Source of the DNA: an uncultured Ruminococcus sp.
GTDB taxonomy: Bacteria > Bacillota > Clostridia > RUG12999
Direction: 5' to 3'
Assembly (NCBI GenBank): GCA_902784805.1
Contig: CACZWD010000012.1
Span: forward strand, 11,133 to 75,132
DNA length: 64,000 bases
Shown here: positions 37,035-47,783 of the stretch, piece after piece
How positions within the stretch are numbered: position 1 is the stretch's first letter
Layout: every line of letters begins with the position of its first letter
Position numbers and translations under genes: made by a program
Notes under the pieces: generated by a model
What the model was told of the DNA's origin: nothing
The model's input: only the letters and a program-made list of their open reading frames with translations
Databases searched by the model: none

Positions 37035-38210
37035 ATGAGCATAAAACAAGCAGCGTCACTTGCTTTAAAAAGTATAATGGGAAACAAACTGCGCTCGTTC
37101 CTTACCATGCTTGGCATAATTATCGGCGTGGCGTCGGTTATAATACTTGTCAGCATTGTAAACGGTCTTACAAGTAATGTGGTATCGATTTTTGACGAGC
37201 TCGGCACAAACCTTATAACGGTCAATGTAGGCGGCAGAGGAAGCAACAGAAGTGTTGACCCTGCCGATATGCAGAAAATTGTCGAAGAAAATTCAGACTG
37301 TCTTATGTATGTGTCTCCGAGTGTTGCTTTTATGGGAACGGTTAAAAGCGACAGTGACAGCCTTGACAATAAAACTGTTACGGGAGTATCGGAGGACTTT
37401 GAAAAAATAAGAGTTTTAAAAATTGAAAACGGCAGATTTTTCACGTATATGGACGTGACAAACAAAAACCGTGTCTGCGTTATAGGTACATACTTGCAAA
37501 AAGAGCTTTTTGACGGGCAAAGCGCCGTAGGTGAAAGCATAAAAATAAACGGCAAAAAATTTGAGGTTATCGGCGTTTTGGAGGAAAAAGCGAGCAGCGA
37601 GTCCGGCTCGGCGGACGATGTAATTTATTTGCCTTATACAATTGCTCAGAAAATGTCCTGGAACGGCAGAGTATCAATGTATTATTTTTCGGCAACCGAT
37701 ACCGACCACAGCGAACAGGCGGTTTCAAAAATCAAGACGGAGCTTTATAAGGTTTTTCAAAACGAAAACGCTTATACCGTTATGGCAATGTCGGAAATGA
37801 TTGACCAGATAAATGAAATCACAGGTATGATGTCAACGGCGCTTGCGGGCATTGCGGGCATATCGCTTCTTGTAGGCGGCATAGGAATTATGAATATTAT
37901 GCTTGTATCTGTTACGGAAAGAACAAGAGAGATAGGCATAAGAAAATCACTCGGCGCGACCCCGTGGGATATAATGAGCCAGTTTGTTGTTGAAGCAATT
38001 ACAACGGGCGCGCTCGGAGGTGTTCTCGGAATTGTGCTCGGAGTGGCGGCATCTTTTGCCGTCACATTGTTCGGAGTTGCATCAAAAATATCCTTTACGG
38101 CAATAGCGATTTCCTTCTCCTTCTCGGTTTTAATCGGAATAATTTTCGGATATTTCCCCGCAAAGAAAGCGGCAAGGCTTAATCCGATAGAGGCTTTAAG
38201 ATATGATTGA
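37035..38210 (+). CDS. ABC transporter permease (MacB/FtsX family)
   Basis: 391 aa. TM1, an extracytoplasmic MacB-type domain, then a C-terminal FtsX domain with three TM helices. The start abuts the ATPase stop. Confidence 0.9.
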   Translation: MSIKQAASLALKSIMGNKLRSFLTMLGIIIGVASVIILVSIVNGLTSNVVSIFDELGTNLITVNVGGRGSNRSVDPADMQKIVEENSDCLMYVSPSVAFMGTVKSDSDSLDNKTVTGVSEDFEKIRVLKIENGRFFTYMDVTNKNRVCVIGTYLQKELFDGQSAVGESIKINGKKFEVIGVLEEKASSESGSADDVIYLPYTIAQKMSWNGRVSMYYFSATDTDHSEQAVSKIKTELYKVFQNENAYTVMAMSEMIDQINEITGMMSTALAGIAGISLLVGGIGIMNIMLVSVTERTREIGIRKSLGATPWDIMSQFVVEAITTGALGGVLGIVLGVAASFAVTLFGVASKISFTAIAISFSFSVLIGIIFGYFPAKKAARLNPIEALRYD

Positions 38211-38247
38211 TTACATAAGTTTTTAAACGAAAGGTATGATTTTTATT

Positions 38248-40524
38248 ATGAAGAAAAAAATATTGGCGGTTATGCTGTCCGCAGCTTTGCTGATTGGAAT
38301 TTTTTGCACATCGGTCTCTGCGGACGGCGCTTATACGCTTGCGGAGCAAACAGGTGTTTTAAAGGCTCTCGGTGTAATGCAGGGCGACCCGGACGGAAAT
38401 CTCAGACTTAACGACCTTGTAACAAGAGCCGAATACACAAAAATGATAACGGCAATGTCTGCGGTGAGAAACGCTGCTTCATCGGCACTCAGCGTTTCAC
38501 CGTTTTCGGATGTTCCATATACACACTGGGCGGCTCCTTATGTGCGTCTTGCGGTTTCAAACGGCTATGTTTCGGGATATACCGATTCAACCTTTCGTCC
38601 GCAAAACTATGTTACGTATGCCGAAGCGGTAACCGTAGCGCTTAAGCTTCTCGGCTATACAAACAGCGATTTTGGGGCAGCATGGCCTTACGGACAAATG
38701 GGTACGGCGGAAAACCTCGGTCTTACCAAGGATATAGCGGGAGGTTTTGATTCGCCGCTTACAAGGGGCGCGTGCGTTATACTGCTTAACAATCTTCTTG
38801 ATACAAAGCTCAAAGGCAGCGCGCAAAAATACGCGGGCGTTATTGACTGCGAAATAAAGGAAGGGATAATTTTAATCGCGACAAAAAATGAGGACGCGAC
38901 CGTTCCCGAAGGTAAAGTTTTCACAACCGCCGGTACGTTTAAGCTTGCGGACGGTATAAATCGTGATTTTATCGGTTCAAGAGGCGACACGCTTATACGT
39001 AACGGTGATGAGATTATATCATTTATTCCGACAGGCAGCGGAAACACCGAGAAAATGGTTGTTTATTCAACGCTCAATGACGTTATAATCGGCTATGAGG
39101 GCGGCGGGCTTACACAAGTTACCGTACCCTCCGCCACGACAGCGTATGTGGGAGCAACGGTAACGACCTTTGCTGCGGCAAAGCAGAAGCTTAATATGGG
39201 CTCGGTTGTAACGCTTATGAAGGACGTTAAAGGGAACATAGAATATATAAGCATAACGGAAGGCTCAACGCTTCAGGGACCGATGATAGTCGGCGGAGGA
39301 GCGTGGTACTTGCCGTACTGCAGCAGCCTTGACGGCGTAACAATCATAAGAAGCGGCGTAAAGGCGTCGTCGTCGGAGCTTAAAGCAAACGACGTTGCTT
39401 ATTATACTTCGGAGCTTAAAATGATGTTCGTTTATTCAAACCCCAAAACGGGAATTTACGAAAGCGCTTCTCCGAATAAGGATATGCCAAGCACGGTTAC
39501 CGTTTCCGGTGTAACATACGAAATTGAAGGAGCGGCGGCATTTAACGCTCTTTCTTCGGCGGGAAGCTTAAATTACGGAGATTCCGTAACGCTTCTTCTC
39601 GGCAAGGACGGCAGAGTGGCAGGCGCCGTCCCCGCAGGTCAAAGCGCGGACAGCAGTGTATGCGGATATATAATAGGCAGCGGAAAGAAAAACTTTACCG
39701 ATTCAAATTCAAATTCATACAGCAGCTATTATATTGAGCTTGTAACGCCCGACGGACGTGTAAACGAATATCCGACATCGGTAAACAGCTCGAATTATGT
39801 CAACAGAGTTGTACGCATAGATTTTAAAAACGGTAAAGCAGCTATTAAATCGGCAGGAAGCGCAAGCGGCGTATCGGGAACGGTTAACGCGGCTGCCGGG
39901 ACAATAGGTACGAGCCGCGTATCTCAAAACGCGAATATTCTTGATGTAAGCTCCGTAAGCGGAGGAGACACGAGTTTGTACAAAAAAATATATTTAAAAC
40001 GTCTTGACGGTGTAAAAATCAATAATGACAGCGTGCTGTACTACACAAAAGATACATCGGGAGAGATAAACAACCTTATACTTCTTGATGTTACGGGAGA
40101 CCTTTATGAATACGGTTATGTGCAAAAAGCCGATAAAACAAACAAAACCTACATGGTTGATGTTGGCGGTAATTTGTTTACAGTAACAGGCGGTTTTACA
40201 GCGGTATCTTCCGGCACACCCGCAAAATTTATATTTAAAGGCGGCGCGGTTTCGGCAGGCGCGCTTACGGCAATGAGTTCGCTTTTATCACTCAAGGACA
40301 GCGTGAGCGAGATAACGGCAGCGTCGGTTACTGCGGGCGGAAAGGATTATCTTATAAGCGACAGTGCCGTAGTTTACACAAGGAGCAAAAACCTTACAAG
40401 CTACACTGTTATGCCGATTAACGACCTTGTGGAAAACAGCTCCGCATACCGCATAACGGCTTATTACGATAAAGCGGAAAACGCGGGCGGCAGAATAAGA
40501 GTAATTCTTGCTGTGGAAAAATAA
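38248..40524 (+). CDS. SLH-domain cell-surface protein (paralogous architecture to 7201..10071)
   Basis: The ORF starts at 38236; the ATG at 38248 gives MKKKILAVMLSAALLIGIFCTSVSA. Three SLH-like modules (FSDVPYTHWAAPYV...) are followed by a long Ser/Thr/Gly/Val-rich region. Confidence 0.8.
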   Translation: MKKKILAVMLSAALLIGIFCTSVSADGAYTLAEQTGVLKALGVMQGDPDGNLRLNDLVTRAEYTKMITAMSAVRNAASSALSVSPFSDVPYTHWAAPYVRLAVSNGYVSGYTDSTFRPQNYVTYAEAVTVALKLLGYTNSDFGAAWPYGQMGTAENLGLTKDIAGGFDSPLTRGACVILLNNLLDTKLKGSAQKYAGVIDCEIKEGIILIATKNEDATVPEGKVFTTAGTFKLADGINRDFIGSRGDTLIRNGDEIISFIPTGSGNTEKMVVYSTLNDVIIGYEGGGLTQVTVPSATTAYVGATVTTFAAAKQKLNMGSVVTLMKDVKGNIEYISITEGSTLQGPMIVGGGAWYLPYCSSLDGVTIIRSGVKASSSELKANDVAYYTSELKMMFVYSNPKTGIYESASPNKDMPSTVTVSGVTYEIEGAAAFNALSSAGSLNYGDSVTLLLGKDGRVAGAVPAGQSADSSVCGYIIGSGKKNFTDSNSNSYSSYYIELVTPDGRVNEYPTSVNSSNYVNRVVRIDFKNGKAAIKSAGSASGVSGTVNAAAGTIGTSRVSQNANILDVSSVSGGDTSLYKKIYLKRLDGVKINNDSVLYYTKDTSGEINNLILLDVTGDLYEYGYVQKADKTNKTYMVDVGGNLFTVTGGFTAVSSGTPAKFIFKGGAVSAGALTAMSSLLSLKDSVSEITAASVTAGGKDYLISDSAVVYTRSKNLTSYTVMPINDLVENSSAYRITAYYDKAENAGGRIRVILAVEK

Positions 40525-40541
40525 TGAAAAGGTAGTTGCTT

Positions 40542-41153
40542 ATGGAAAAGCTTGCGGTTTATATACACGGAAAAGGCGGAACAAAAGACGAAGCGGAGCA
40601 TTATAAGCCTCTTTTGAAAGGTTATGAGGTTATAGGGCTTGATTACGCGGCAAAAACACCGTGGGAAGCAAAAGAGGAGTTTCCGAAGTTTTTTGAGCCG
40701 CTGCGCGGAAAATACAGATATATTACCGTTATCGCCAACAGCATCGGAGCGTTTTTCTGTATGAGCGCAGGCGTTGATGATATGATAGACAGAGCGTTTT
40801 TTATTTCACCGGTTGCGGATATGGAAAAACTGATTAAAAATATGATGGCGTGGTCGAATGTGACCGAAGATGAGCTTAAAACAAAAGGCGTTGTTCACAC
40901 GGAATTTGGCGAGGATTTATCGTGGGACTTCCTGTGTTATGTCAGAAATCGCCCGATAAAATGGAATGTGCCGACCGAAATTCTGTACGGAAGTGAGGAT
41001 AATATGACGTCTTTTGAAACGGTCACGGAATTCGCGGAAAGACATAACGCGAATATTACCGTTATGAAAGGCGGCGAGCATTGGTTTCATACAGAGGAGC
41101 AGTTGAGTTTTTTAGATGCGTGGATAGAAGGGAAATATAATGAACAGAGATGA
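40542..41153 (+). CDS. alpha/beta hydrolase family protein
   Basis: About 203 aa from ATG 40542, with RBS GAAAAGG 9 nt upstream. YIHGKGG and a nucleophile-elbow-like ANSIGAF, with late GGEHWFH. Confidence 0.65.
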   Translation: MEKLAVYIHGKGGTKDEAEHYKPLLKGYEVIGLDYAAKTPWEAKEEFPKFFEPLRGKYRYITVIANSIGAFFCMSAGVDDMIDRAFFISPVADMEKLIKNMMAWSNVTEDELKTKGVVHTEFGEDLSWDFLCYVRNRPIKWNVPTEILYGSEDNMTSFETVTEFAERHNANITVMKGGEHWFHTEEQLSFLDAWIEGKYNEQR

Positions 41154-41766
41154 TATAGTAATTCGTTTGGAAAAAGAAGAGGATTACCGTGAGGTTGAAA
41201 GCCTCATAAGAGAGAGCTTTTGGAACGTTTACCGTCCGGGTTGCAGCGAGCATTACGTTATTCATACGCTGAGAAACGATAACGCTTTTATAAAAGAGCT
41301 TGATTTTGTAATGGAAAAGGACGGTAAAATTATCGGGCAGAATATGTTTATGAAAACCGTTATCAAAGCTGATAACGGCGTGGACGTACCCGTTCTGACA
41401 ATGGGACCGATTTGCATTACACCCGAATTAAAACGAAAAGGCTATGGGAAAATGCTGCTTGACTATTCTTTGGAAAAAGCGAAAAATTTTGGGTTTGGAG
41501 CCGTTTTGTTTGAAGGAAATATTGATTTTTACGGCAAAAGCGGTTTTGATTACGCCCGGAAATTCGGTATAAGGTATCATGATTTACCGGAGGGAGCGGA
41601 TTCGTCCTTTTTCCTTTGCAGAGAGCTGATTCCGAGGTATCTTGACGGCGTTACGGGAGTATATTTAACGCCTTCCGGATATTATGTAAGCGATTCGGAC
41701 GTTGAAAAATTTGACAAAAACTTTCCCGAAAAGCAAAAGCTGAAATTGCCGGGACAGTTGTTCTGA
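41140..41766 (+). CDS. GNAT family N-acetyltransferase
   Basis: 208 aa. Acetyl-CoA binding segment ITPELKRKGYGKMLLDYSL. It overlaps the previous gene by 14 nt. Confidence 0.8.
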   Translation: MNRDDIVIRLEKEEDYREVESLIRESFWNVYRPGCSEHYVIHTLRNDNAFIKELDFVMEKDGKIIGQNMFMKTVIKADNGVDVPVLTMGPICITPELKRKGYGKMLLDYSLEKAKNFGFGAVLFEGNIDFYGKSGFDYARKFGIRYHDLPEGADSSFFLCRELIPRYLDGVTGVYLTPSGYYVSDSDVEKFDKNFPEKQKLKLPGQLF

Positions 41767-41791
41767 AAGGAAATTCCGGACGAATATGTTA

Positions 41792-41826
41792 AATCGGAAC
41801 AGACATGGGGCTTGTTCCGATTTTTG
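41792..41826 (+). terminator. rho-independent terminator after the GNAT gene
   Basis: AATCGGAACA / TGTTCCGATT stem followed by T5. Confidence 0.75.
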
Positions 41827-41894
41827 CTTGATTTTTTTGTGAAAGTGGTATATAATATATTTGAAATATTTAGTATAACACAAGGAAACTTAAT

Positions 41895-44267
41895 ATGACA
41901 GATAAATTACTTTCAATACTCGAATTTGATAAAATTCTTTCTCTTATTGCCTCACGCGCCGTTACGGACGCCGCTAAAGACAGCATTAAGGAAATGAAGC
42001 CTTCTTCGGATTTTACGGAGGTGGCGCTTTGGCAAAAACAAATGCTTGACGCGACAGCTATGCTCGCGAGGAGAGCTATGCCGCCGTTATCCGTTGTTTC
42101 GGACATCACGGCAAGTGTTAAAAGGTGCGAGGCGGACGGCGTACTCGGCGCGGGAGAGCTGCTTGCGGTTGCGGGAGTACTGCGTATTTCGGAAGCCGTC
42201 AAGAGCTATTTTGAAACAGAAGATGAGCTTGAAACAATAAATTCTCTCGGTAGCAGGATTACCGTTATAAAAGACCTGCGCAGAGATATTACGGACGCGA
42301 TTATCAGTGATGAGGAAATTGCCGACGACGCTTCCCCGGAGCTTGCCGCAATAAGAAGAAAAATGCGCGGTATTCACTCAAAAATAAAAGATATTTTAAA
42401 CGATATGCTTCATTCGGAACGCTATATAAAGCATTTAAGAGAGCCGATTGTAACCATGCGCGGTGACAGATATGTTTTACCCGTAAAGGCGGAAAGTAAA
42501 GGGGCTGTGCCCGGCATACTTCACGATTCCTCGGCAACGGGGGCAACGGTTTTTATAGAGCCTATGGCAGTGGTTGAGGAAAACAACCGTCTGCGTGAGC
42601 TTACCGCTGCGGAAAAAGATGAAACAGAAAAAATTCTTGCGGCTTTTTCAAAGAGGGTTGCGGAATACGCAATAGAAATACAAGAAAATCAGAAGGTTAT
42701 AAAAGAAACAGATATGCTGTTCGCAAAGGCATCTTTTTGTGTGGATTACAGATGTCACGCGCCGCAGCTTAACCGCAAAGGTTATGTTAATATAAAAGAG
42801 GGCAGGCATCCGCTGATTGATTCCAAAAAGGTCGTGCCGATAAACATTTACCTCGGAAAAGATTTTCACACGCTTATTATTACGGGGCCAAATACGGGCG
42901 GAAAAACCGTAACGCTCAAGACTCTCGGTCTGTTTTCCGTTATGACTCAATGCGGGTTGTTTGTGCCGGCGAAACCGGGCAGCTGTATGCCTGTATGGGA
43001 CGATGTTTTTGCGGATATTGGTGACGAGCAGAGCATAGAGCAGAGCCTGAGCACTTTTTCGGCGCATATGGTAAACATTTGTGATATTTTGAGGAAGGTG
43101 TCAAAAAACACTCTTGTTCTTTTTGACGAGCTTGGTGCGGGAACGGACCCTGAGGAGGGCGCAGCGCTTGCAATTGAAATTTTGGAATATGTAAAAAAAT
43201 TCGGCGCTGAAGCGGTTGCCACAACACATTACAGTGAGCTTAAGCTGTATGCCATATCGACAGATGATGTCGAAAACGCATCGTGTGAGTTTGATGTTGA
43301 AACGCTTTGCCCGACATACAGACTGCTTATAGGCTTGCCCGGCAAAAGCAACGCTTTCGCTATTTCAAAACGGCTTGGGCTTCCGGATACAATTATTGAC
43401 GGCGCATCGGCAAGGCTGACAGCAGAATCTGTTAGGTTTGAAGATGTTATCGCGGAGCTTCAGTCAAAACGGGAAGCGACAGCGGCTGCGCTTGAAGAAG
43501 CGGAAAAAACAAGAAACGAGCTTAAAAACGAGCTTCGGAGCGCAAATGAAACAAACAGGGAAATAAAGGATAAAAACAGGCGGCTTCTTGATGAGGCAAG
43601 AGCCGAAGCCGCAAGGATTGTTCAGTCGGCAAAAGACGATATGAGCGCGATTTTAAAAGAAGCGGAAAAAATTGCGAAAGAGTCGGCAAGCGCCGGCAGA
43701 GCGAAAGAAATGGAAAATGTCCGCCGTAAGCTTCGTGAAGCGGGCGAGAGCTATGACAAAAAGCTCGGGAAACGCCGTGACAGGCTTGGCGAAAATAAGC
43801 CGCTTAAAAATATCAGGCTCGGTGAAACGGTTGAGATAATTTCAATGAGCGAAAGCGGAACGGTTGTAAGCCTTCCGAACGCTTCGGGCGAGGCTGTAAT
43901 TCAGGTCGGAATTATGAAGGTTAAAGCAAATGTAAAGGATTTAAGGCGCGTAAACGAAACGGAAGCTTCTTTAAAGCCTGTAAGGAATCAAAGAACAAGA
44001 GATGTGCGGAGCAAAAGTATGACTGCTGTAACGGAGCTTGATATAAGGGGCATGATGGTTGACGAGGGGACAGTAATGCTTGACAAATTTATTGATGATG
44101 CCGTTATGGCGTCGCTCAAAACAATATCGGTTATCCACGGGAAGGGTACGGGCGCTTTGCGAAGCGGAATACACGCTTATCTTAAAAACAATAAATTTGT
44201 AAAGTCATACCGTCTCGGAAGTTATGGTGAGGGCGACAGCGGTGTGACTATAATAGAGCTTAAATAA
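41895..44267 (+). CDS. mutS2: endonuclease MutS2 (recombination-inhibiting, Smr domain)
   Basis: 790 aa. Walker A GPNTGGKT, DELGAGTDP, a long coiled-coil and a C-terminal Smr domain (IHGKGTGALR). Confidence 0.93.
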   Translation: MTDKLLSILEFDKILSLIASRAVTDAAKDSIKEMKPSSDFTEVALWQKQMLDATAMLARRAMPPLSVVSDITASVKRCEADGVLGAGELLAVAGVLRISEAVKSYFETEDELETINSLGSRITVIKDLRRDITDAIISDEEIADDASPELAAIRRKMRGIHSKIKDILNDMLHSERYIKHLREPIVTMRGDRYVLPVKAESKGAVPGILHDSSATGATVFIEPMAVVEENNRLRELTAAEKDETEKILAAFSKRVAEYAIEIQENQKVIKETDMLFAKASFCVDYRCHAPQLNRKGYVNIKEGRHPLIDSKKVVPINIYLGKDFHTLIITGPNTGGKTVTLKTLGLFSVMTQCGLFVPAKPGSCMPVWDDVFADIGDEQSIEQSLSTFSAHMVNICDILRKVSKNTLVLFDELGAGTDPEEGAALAIEILEYVKKFGAEAVATTHYSELKLYAISTDDVENASCEFDVETLCPTYRLLIGLPGKSNAFAISKRLGLPDTIIDGASARLTAESVRFEDVIAELQSKREATAAALEEAEKTRNELKNELRSANETNREIKDKNRRLLDEARAEAARIVQSAKDDMSAILKEAEKIAKESASAGRAKEMENVRRKLREAGESYDKKLGKRRDRLGENKPLKNIRLGETVEIISMSESGTVVSLPNASGEAVIQVGIMKVKANVKDLRRVNETEASLKPVRNQRTRDVRSKSMTAVTELDIRGMMVDEGTVMLDKFIDDAVMASLKTISVIHGKGTGALRSGIHAYLKNNKFVKSYRLGSYGEGDSGVTIIELK

Positions 44268-44364
44268 ATTGTGAATTATATGTGTAATATTATACTTGAA
44301 AAAAGGGAAAAAATATGATAAAATATTAATATAAAAATATTCGGGCGTTTCGGAGGTGAAAAAA

Positions 44365-45015
44365 ATGCACGAAAAAATACCTAATGCAAGAATTTTTGCC
44401 GCAAATTTGAAAAAAGTAAGAAAAGAAAGAAATGTCACACAAGCAGAGCTTGCTGAGGCAATAAACGTGCAAAAGAGCAGTATTTCAAACTATGAACAGT
44501 CGGTCAGCATACCCGATATACCGAAAGCTCTTGAAATAGCGAGGGTGCTGTGCGTTGATGACCTTAACGCTTTTTTCGGATACTCTCCCGAAAACAAAGC
44601 AGCGGAAAATATGGCGGGGAGCAGATATATTCCCATACATGATAAGGTTATATACGGCGAAAATCCGCTTGAGCCCGGCAATGAAATAGACAGAATGATG
44701 ATGCCCGCAATAAACCTTAAATCAGGAGATTTTTTCGGGTTTATTGTACAGGATAATTCAATGTCGAGGTCAAATATAAAAAAAGGTGACATTGCTATTA
44801 TAAAAAAACAGTCATTGCCGTCAACGGGAGATATTGTTCTTGCCGTTGACAATGAGGGCAATAACTATTTAAGAAAGCTGTATATGCTTGACGGAGGTAT
44901 AGCATCGTTTCAGCCCGATTCCGACGAGAGCAGTTTTTTGCCATTGTCGTTTGATTTGACGGAAGACGAAATTGACATTAAAGGCAGAGTAGTTTTTATG
45001 TATATGTCGGTTTAA
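44365..45015 (+). CDS. XRE-family HTH plus S24 peptidase repressor (LexA/CI-like)
   Basis: ATG 44365 lies 8 nt after GGAGG. The N-terminal HTH reads LKKVRKERNVTQAELAEAINVQKSSISNYE. The C-terminal S24 fold has DNSMS (Ser) and YLRKL (Lys) catalytic-dyad positions. Promoter TTGAAA-17-TAAAAT lies at 44296..44324. Confidence 0.8.
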   Translation: MHEKIPNARIFAANLKKVRKERNVTQAELAEAINVQKSSISNYEQSVSIPDIPKALEIARVLCVDDLNAFFGYSPENKAAENMAGSRYIPIHDKVIYGENPLEPGNEIDRMMMPAINLKSGDFFGFIVQDNSMSRSNIKKGDIAIIKKQSLPSTGDIVLAVDNEGNNYLRKLYMLDGGIASFQPDSDESSFLPLSFDLTEDEIDIKGRVVFMYMSV

Positions 45016-45401
45016 TTATGCAAAAAAGTGTTTTCGATAATTTTTCCGAAATCGGCGTTTTCCCATATTTTTAAGATGTTTTTTGAATCTTTAAGGTAAA
45101 CGGATTTTACAGAATTATTAAGATTTTTAAAGCTTGCCGTAAAATCGGTTTTTGGCGTGCCGAAAAACGTATTTTGAGCGGTTACGGTAATATAGCAAAT
45201 ATTACCTTCCGTTTTGGTTTTGACAGATATAGCGCTGCGATGCGGAACGGTTATTATGCCATTTACGGTAACGATATTGTTTTTTGGCGTTACGGATGTA
45301 ATTTTTAGCGAGTTTATGCTTTGAACAGAATGGTAGTTAAAAAAAGCAAAAAGCAGAAAAACAACAATAAGGGGAATAAAAATAATTAAATGTTTTTTCA
45401 T
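45012..45401 (-). CDS. membrane-anchored hypothetical protein
   Basis: 129 aa with N-terminal TM/signal MKKHLIIFIPLIVVFLLFAFF and a beta-rich remainder. It converges on the previous gene with a 4-nt overlap. Confidence 0.5.
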   Translation of the reverse strand: MKKHLIIFIPLIVVFLLFAFFNYHSVQSINSLKITSVTPKNNIVTVNGIITVPHRSAISVKTKTEGNICYITVTAQNTFFGTPKTDFTASFKNLNNSVKSVYLKDSKNILKIWENADFGKIIENTFLHN

Positions 45402-45445
45402 AATATCTCCTTTTTAATATAGTAAATAGTAAGTGAGGTCGTTTT

Positions 45446-45994
45446 ATGAAACCGGTTGTTAAAAGACCTGTAACAATAATGTTGACAATTTTATATATAA
45501 TTGACGCCTATAAGCGCGATACGCCCGAAGCGGTGCTTTCGACGCTTATGGTTGAAGATATAGGAGTTAATTATTTCGATTACAGAAGCGGCCTTGCGAA
45601 GCTTGAGGATACGGGATATATAAACACATATGCTGATGATGAAGGGCATGAGCTGCATCAGCTTTGCGTCAGCGGCAAGGAGCTGATTGACAGTATGCAT
45701 AAAAGGCTTGCTTATCAGCTTCGGTGCGATATTATAGGCTATATAAGGCGCGAAAAGCGTAAAATAGATAAATCAAACGAGTTTATTTGTGAAATTGTTC
45801 CGCAAAACGACGCGGATTTTAGCGTTAAAGTGATCTATAACGAAACGGACGATGAGCTTCTCAGCGTATCGTTCAGAGCCGGCGCGAAAGAAACCGCGGA
45901 AGGCTTTAAGGAAATACTCAGAGGTCGTAAAAACGAGTTTTTCAAAGAGATAAACGAAGCAATCGCTAAAGCTCTTGAACCAAAAAACGAATAA
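45446..45994 (+). CDS. hypothetical protein, possibly DUF4364 (PadR-like wHTH) family
   Basis: 182 aa. The N-terminal third (LTILYIIDAYKRD...YFDYRSGLAKLEDTGYI) looks like a winged-helix domain. The family assignment is from memory only. Confidence 0.4.
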   Translation: MKPVVKRPVTIMLTILYIIDAYKRDTPEAVLSTLMVEDIGVNYFDYRSGLAKLEDTGYINTYADDEGHELHQLCVSGKELIDSMHKRLAYQLRCDIIGYIRREKRKIDKSNEFICEIVPQNDADFSVKVIYNETDDELLSVSFRAGAKETAEGFKEILRGRKNEFFKEINEAIAKALEPKNE

Positions 45995-45997
45995 TCT

Positions 45998-46028
45998 GAG
46001 GGCGGATATATTATCCGCCCTCTATTTT
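45998..46028. terminator. bidirectional terminator between 45446 gene and proS
   Basis: GAGGGCGGATA / TATCCGCCCTC perfect stem with a T-rich 3' flank. Confidence 0.8.
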
Positions 46029-46031
46029 ATT

Positions 46032-47735
46032 TCATATTTTGCTGCTTATAAGGTCAAGCGCCGCCTGTACAGCGTCATTTTCCGTCATATCGGCGGAAGC
46101 GCTTTCGCTCCTGAGCTTATATTCGACAATTCCTTCGCCGGCTTTTTTACCGACGGTAATTCTTATCGGAATACCGATAAGGTCGGCGTCTTTAAATTTC
46201 ACGCCGGGACGCTCGTTACGGTCATCAATAAGAACCTCAATACCCTTGCTTTTAAAGGTTTCGTAAATTTTATCGGCAAGCTCTTTCTGAACCTCATTTT
46301 CGGTGTTTACGGGAACAACGATTACTTTATACGGAGCAACGCTTACCGGCCAGATAATACCGTTTTCATCGGAATGTTGTTCTATTATTGCCGCAATACA
46401 GCGGTTTACTCCAATGCCGTAGCAGCCCATAATAACGGTGCGGTCAGTACCGGTTTCATCAAGACAGGTACATGAAAACGCTTTTGAATATTTTGTGCCG
46501 AGCTTAAAAATATGCCCCACCTCAATGCCCTGAGCGGTTTTAATGCTTCCGCCGCATTTCGGGCAACTGTCGCCGTCCGTAACAATTCTGAGGTCAAGCA
46601 CGGCGGTCGGGGTGAAATCGCGCCCCACACATACATTTTTATAGTGATAATCGGTTTCGTTCGCGCCTACTATAAAGTTTTTCATTTTTTCGATTTCAAT
46701 ATCCATAAGCACATCGCATTTAATGCCTATCGGACCCGCAAAGCCCACGGCCGCGCCCGTAACCTCCGTTACGGCGGCAGGTTCCGCCATTTCAAGTTCA
46801 AGGCAGCCGAGATAGTTTTGAAGCTTTGTTTCATTGACCTCACGGTCGCCTCTTACCATAACCGCGACAATTTTATCGTCGGCACGGTAAATGAGAGTTT
46901 TTACAAACAAAGAGGGTTTACAGCCGAAAAGATTTGTAAGGTCATCAATGGTTTTAACATTCGGCGTATATATTTTTTCTGCTTCAAGGTCGCCTTCGGG
47001 GCAGTCACATTCGGTAGGTACGCCCGCCATTTTTTCAACATTCGCGGCATATCCGCAGGCTTCGCAATACGCGATTGTATCTTCGCCGACGTCCGATTTT
47101 ACCATAAATTCCTGTGAGCCGCTGCCGCCCATCGCGCCGGAATCGGCGTCAACAACGGTAAAATCCATATCCATTTTTTTAAATATTTCACAGTAGGCGT
47201 CATACATATTTTTATATGATTTATCAAGCCCTTCTTCGGTCAGATCAAAGCTGTAAGCGTCTTTCATTATAAACTCACGGCTTCTCATAACGCCAAAACG
47301 CGGGCGGCGTTCATCACGGTATTTTGTCTGTATCTGATAAAGCGTCATCGGGAGGTTTTTATATGAGCGCACTTCATCGCGAACGGTAATTGTAAACATT
47401 TCCTCATGCGTCGGACCGAGAAAAAAATCACGTCCGCCGCGGTCTTTCAGGCGAAACATTTCGGGACCGAAAACGTCCCATCTTCCCGACTGCTCAAGCA
47501 CTTCTTTCGGAAGTATGGCGGGCATCAAAAGTTCCTGCGCGCCATGACTGTCCATGCCTTCGCGTATAATATTTTCAACATTTTTCAGCACTTTAACACC
47601 AAGCGGAAGGTACGAATAAACACCCGTTGCCGCCTTTCTCATAAGCCCTGCGCGGAGCATAAGCCTGTGACTTGATATTTCCGCCTCCGACGGCACCTCA
47701 CGCAGTGTGGGTAAAAGTAACCTTGAAACCTTCAT
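46032..47735 (-). CDS. proS: proline--tRNA ligase (bacterial type with INS editing domain)
   Basis: The ORF extends to 47756. ATG 47735 gives [30 protein letters not shown], the canonical ProS N-terminus. Class II motifs are present and the length is about 567 aa. Confidence 0.92.
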   Translation of the reverse strand: MKVSRLLLPTLREVPSEAEISSHRLMLRAGLMRKAATGVYSYLPLGVKVLKNVENIIREGMDSHGAQELLMPAILPKEVLEQSGRWDVFGPEMFRLKDRGGRDFFLGPTHEEMFTITVRDEVRSYKNLPMTLYQIQTKYRDERRPRFGVMRSREFIMKDAYSFDLTEEGLDKSYKNMYDAYCEIFKKMDMDFTVVDADSGAMGGSGSQEFMVKSDVGEDTIAYCEACGYAANVEKMAGVPTECDCPEGDLEAEKIYTPNVKTIDDLTNLFGCKPSLFVKTLIYRADDKIVAVMVRGDREVNETKLQNYLGCLELEMAEPAAVTEVTGAAVGFAGPIGIKCDVLMDIEIEKMKNFIVGANETDYHYKNVCVGRDFTPTAVLDLRIVTDGDSCPKCGGSIKTAQGIEVGHIFKLGTKYSKAFSCTCLDETGTDRTVIMGCYGIGVNRCIAAIIEQHSDENGIIWPVSVAPYKVIVVPVNTENEVQKELADKIYETFKSKGIEVLIDDRNERPGVKFKDADLIGIPIRITVGKKAGEGIVEYKLRSESASADMTENDAVQAALDLISSKI

Positions 47736-47783
47736 ATTTTTGACCATTCCTTTCAAATATGTAAATGTATTATTTTATTTCAT

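Noticed and set aside
45975-47196. Plus-strand ORFs 45975..46475, 46512..47117, 46891..47196
   Set aside because: They are antisense to the strongly supported proS gene.
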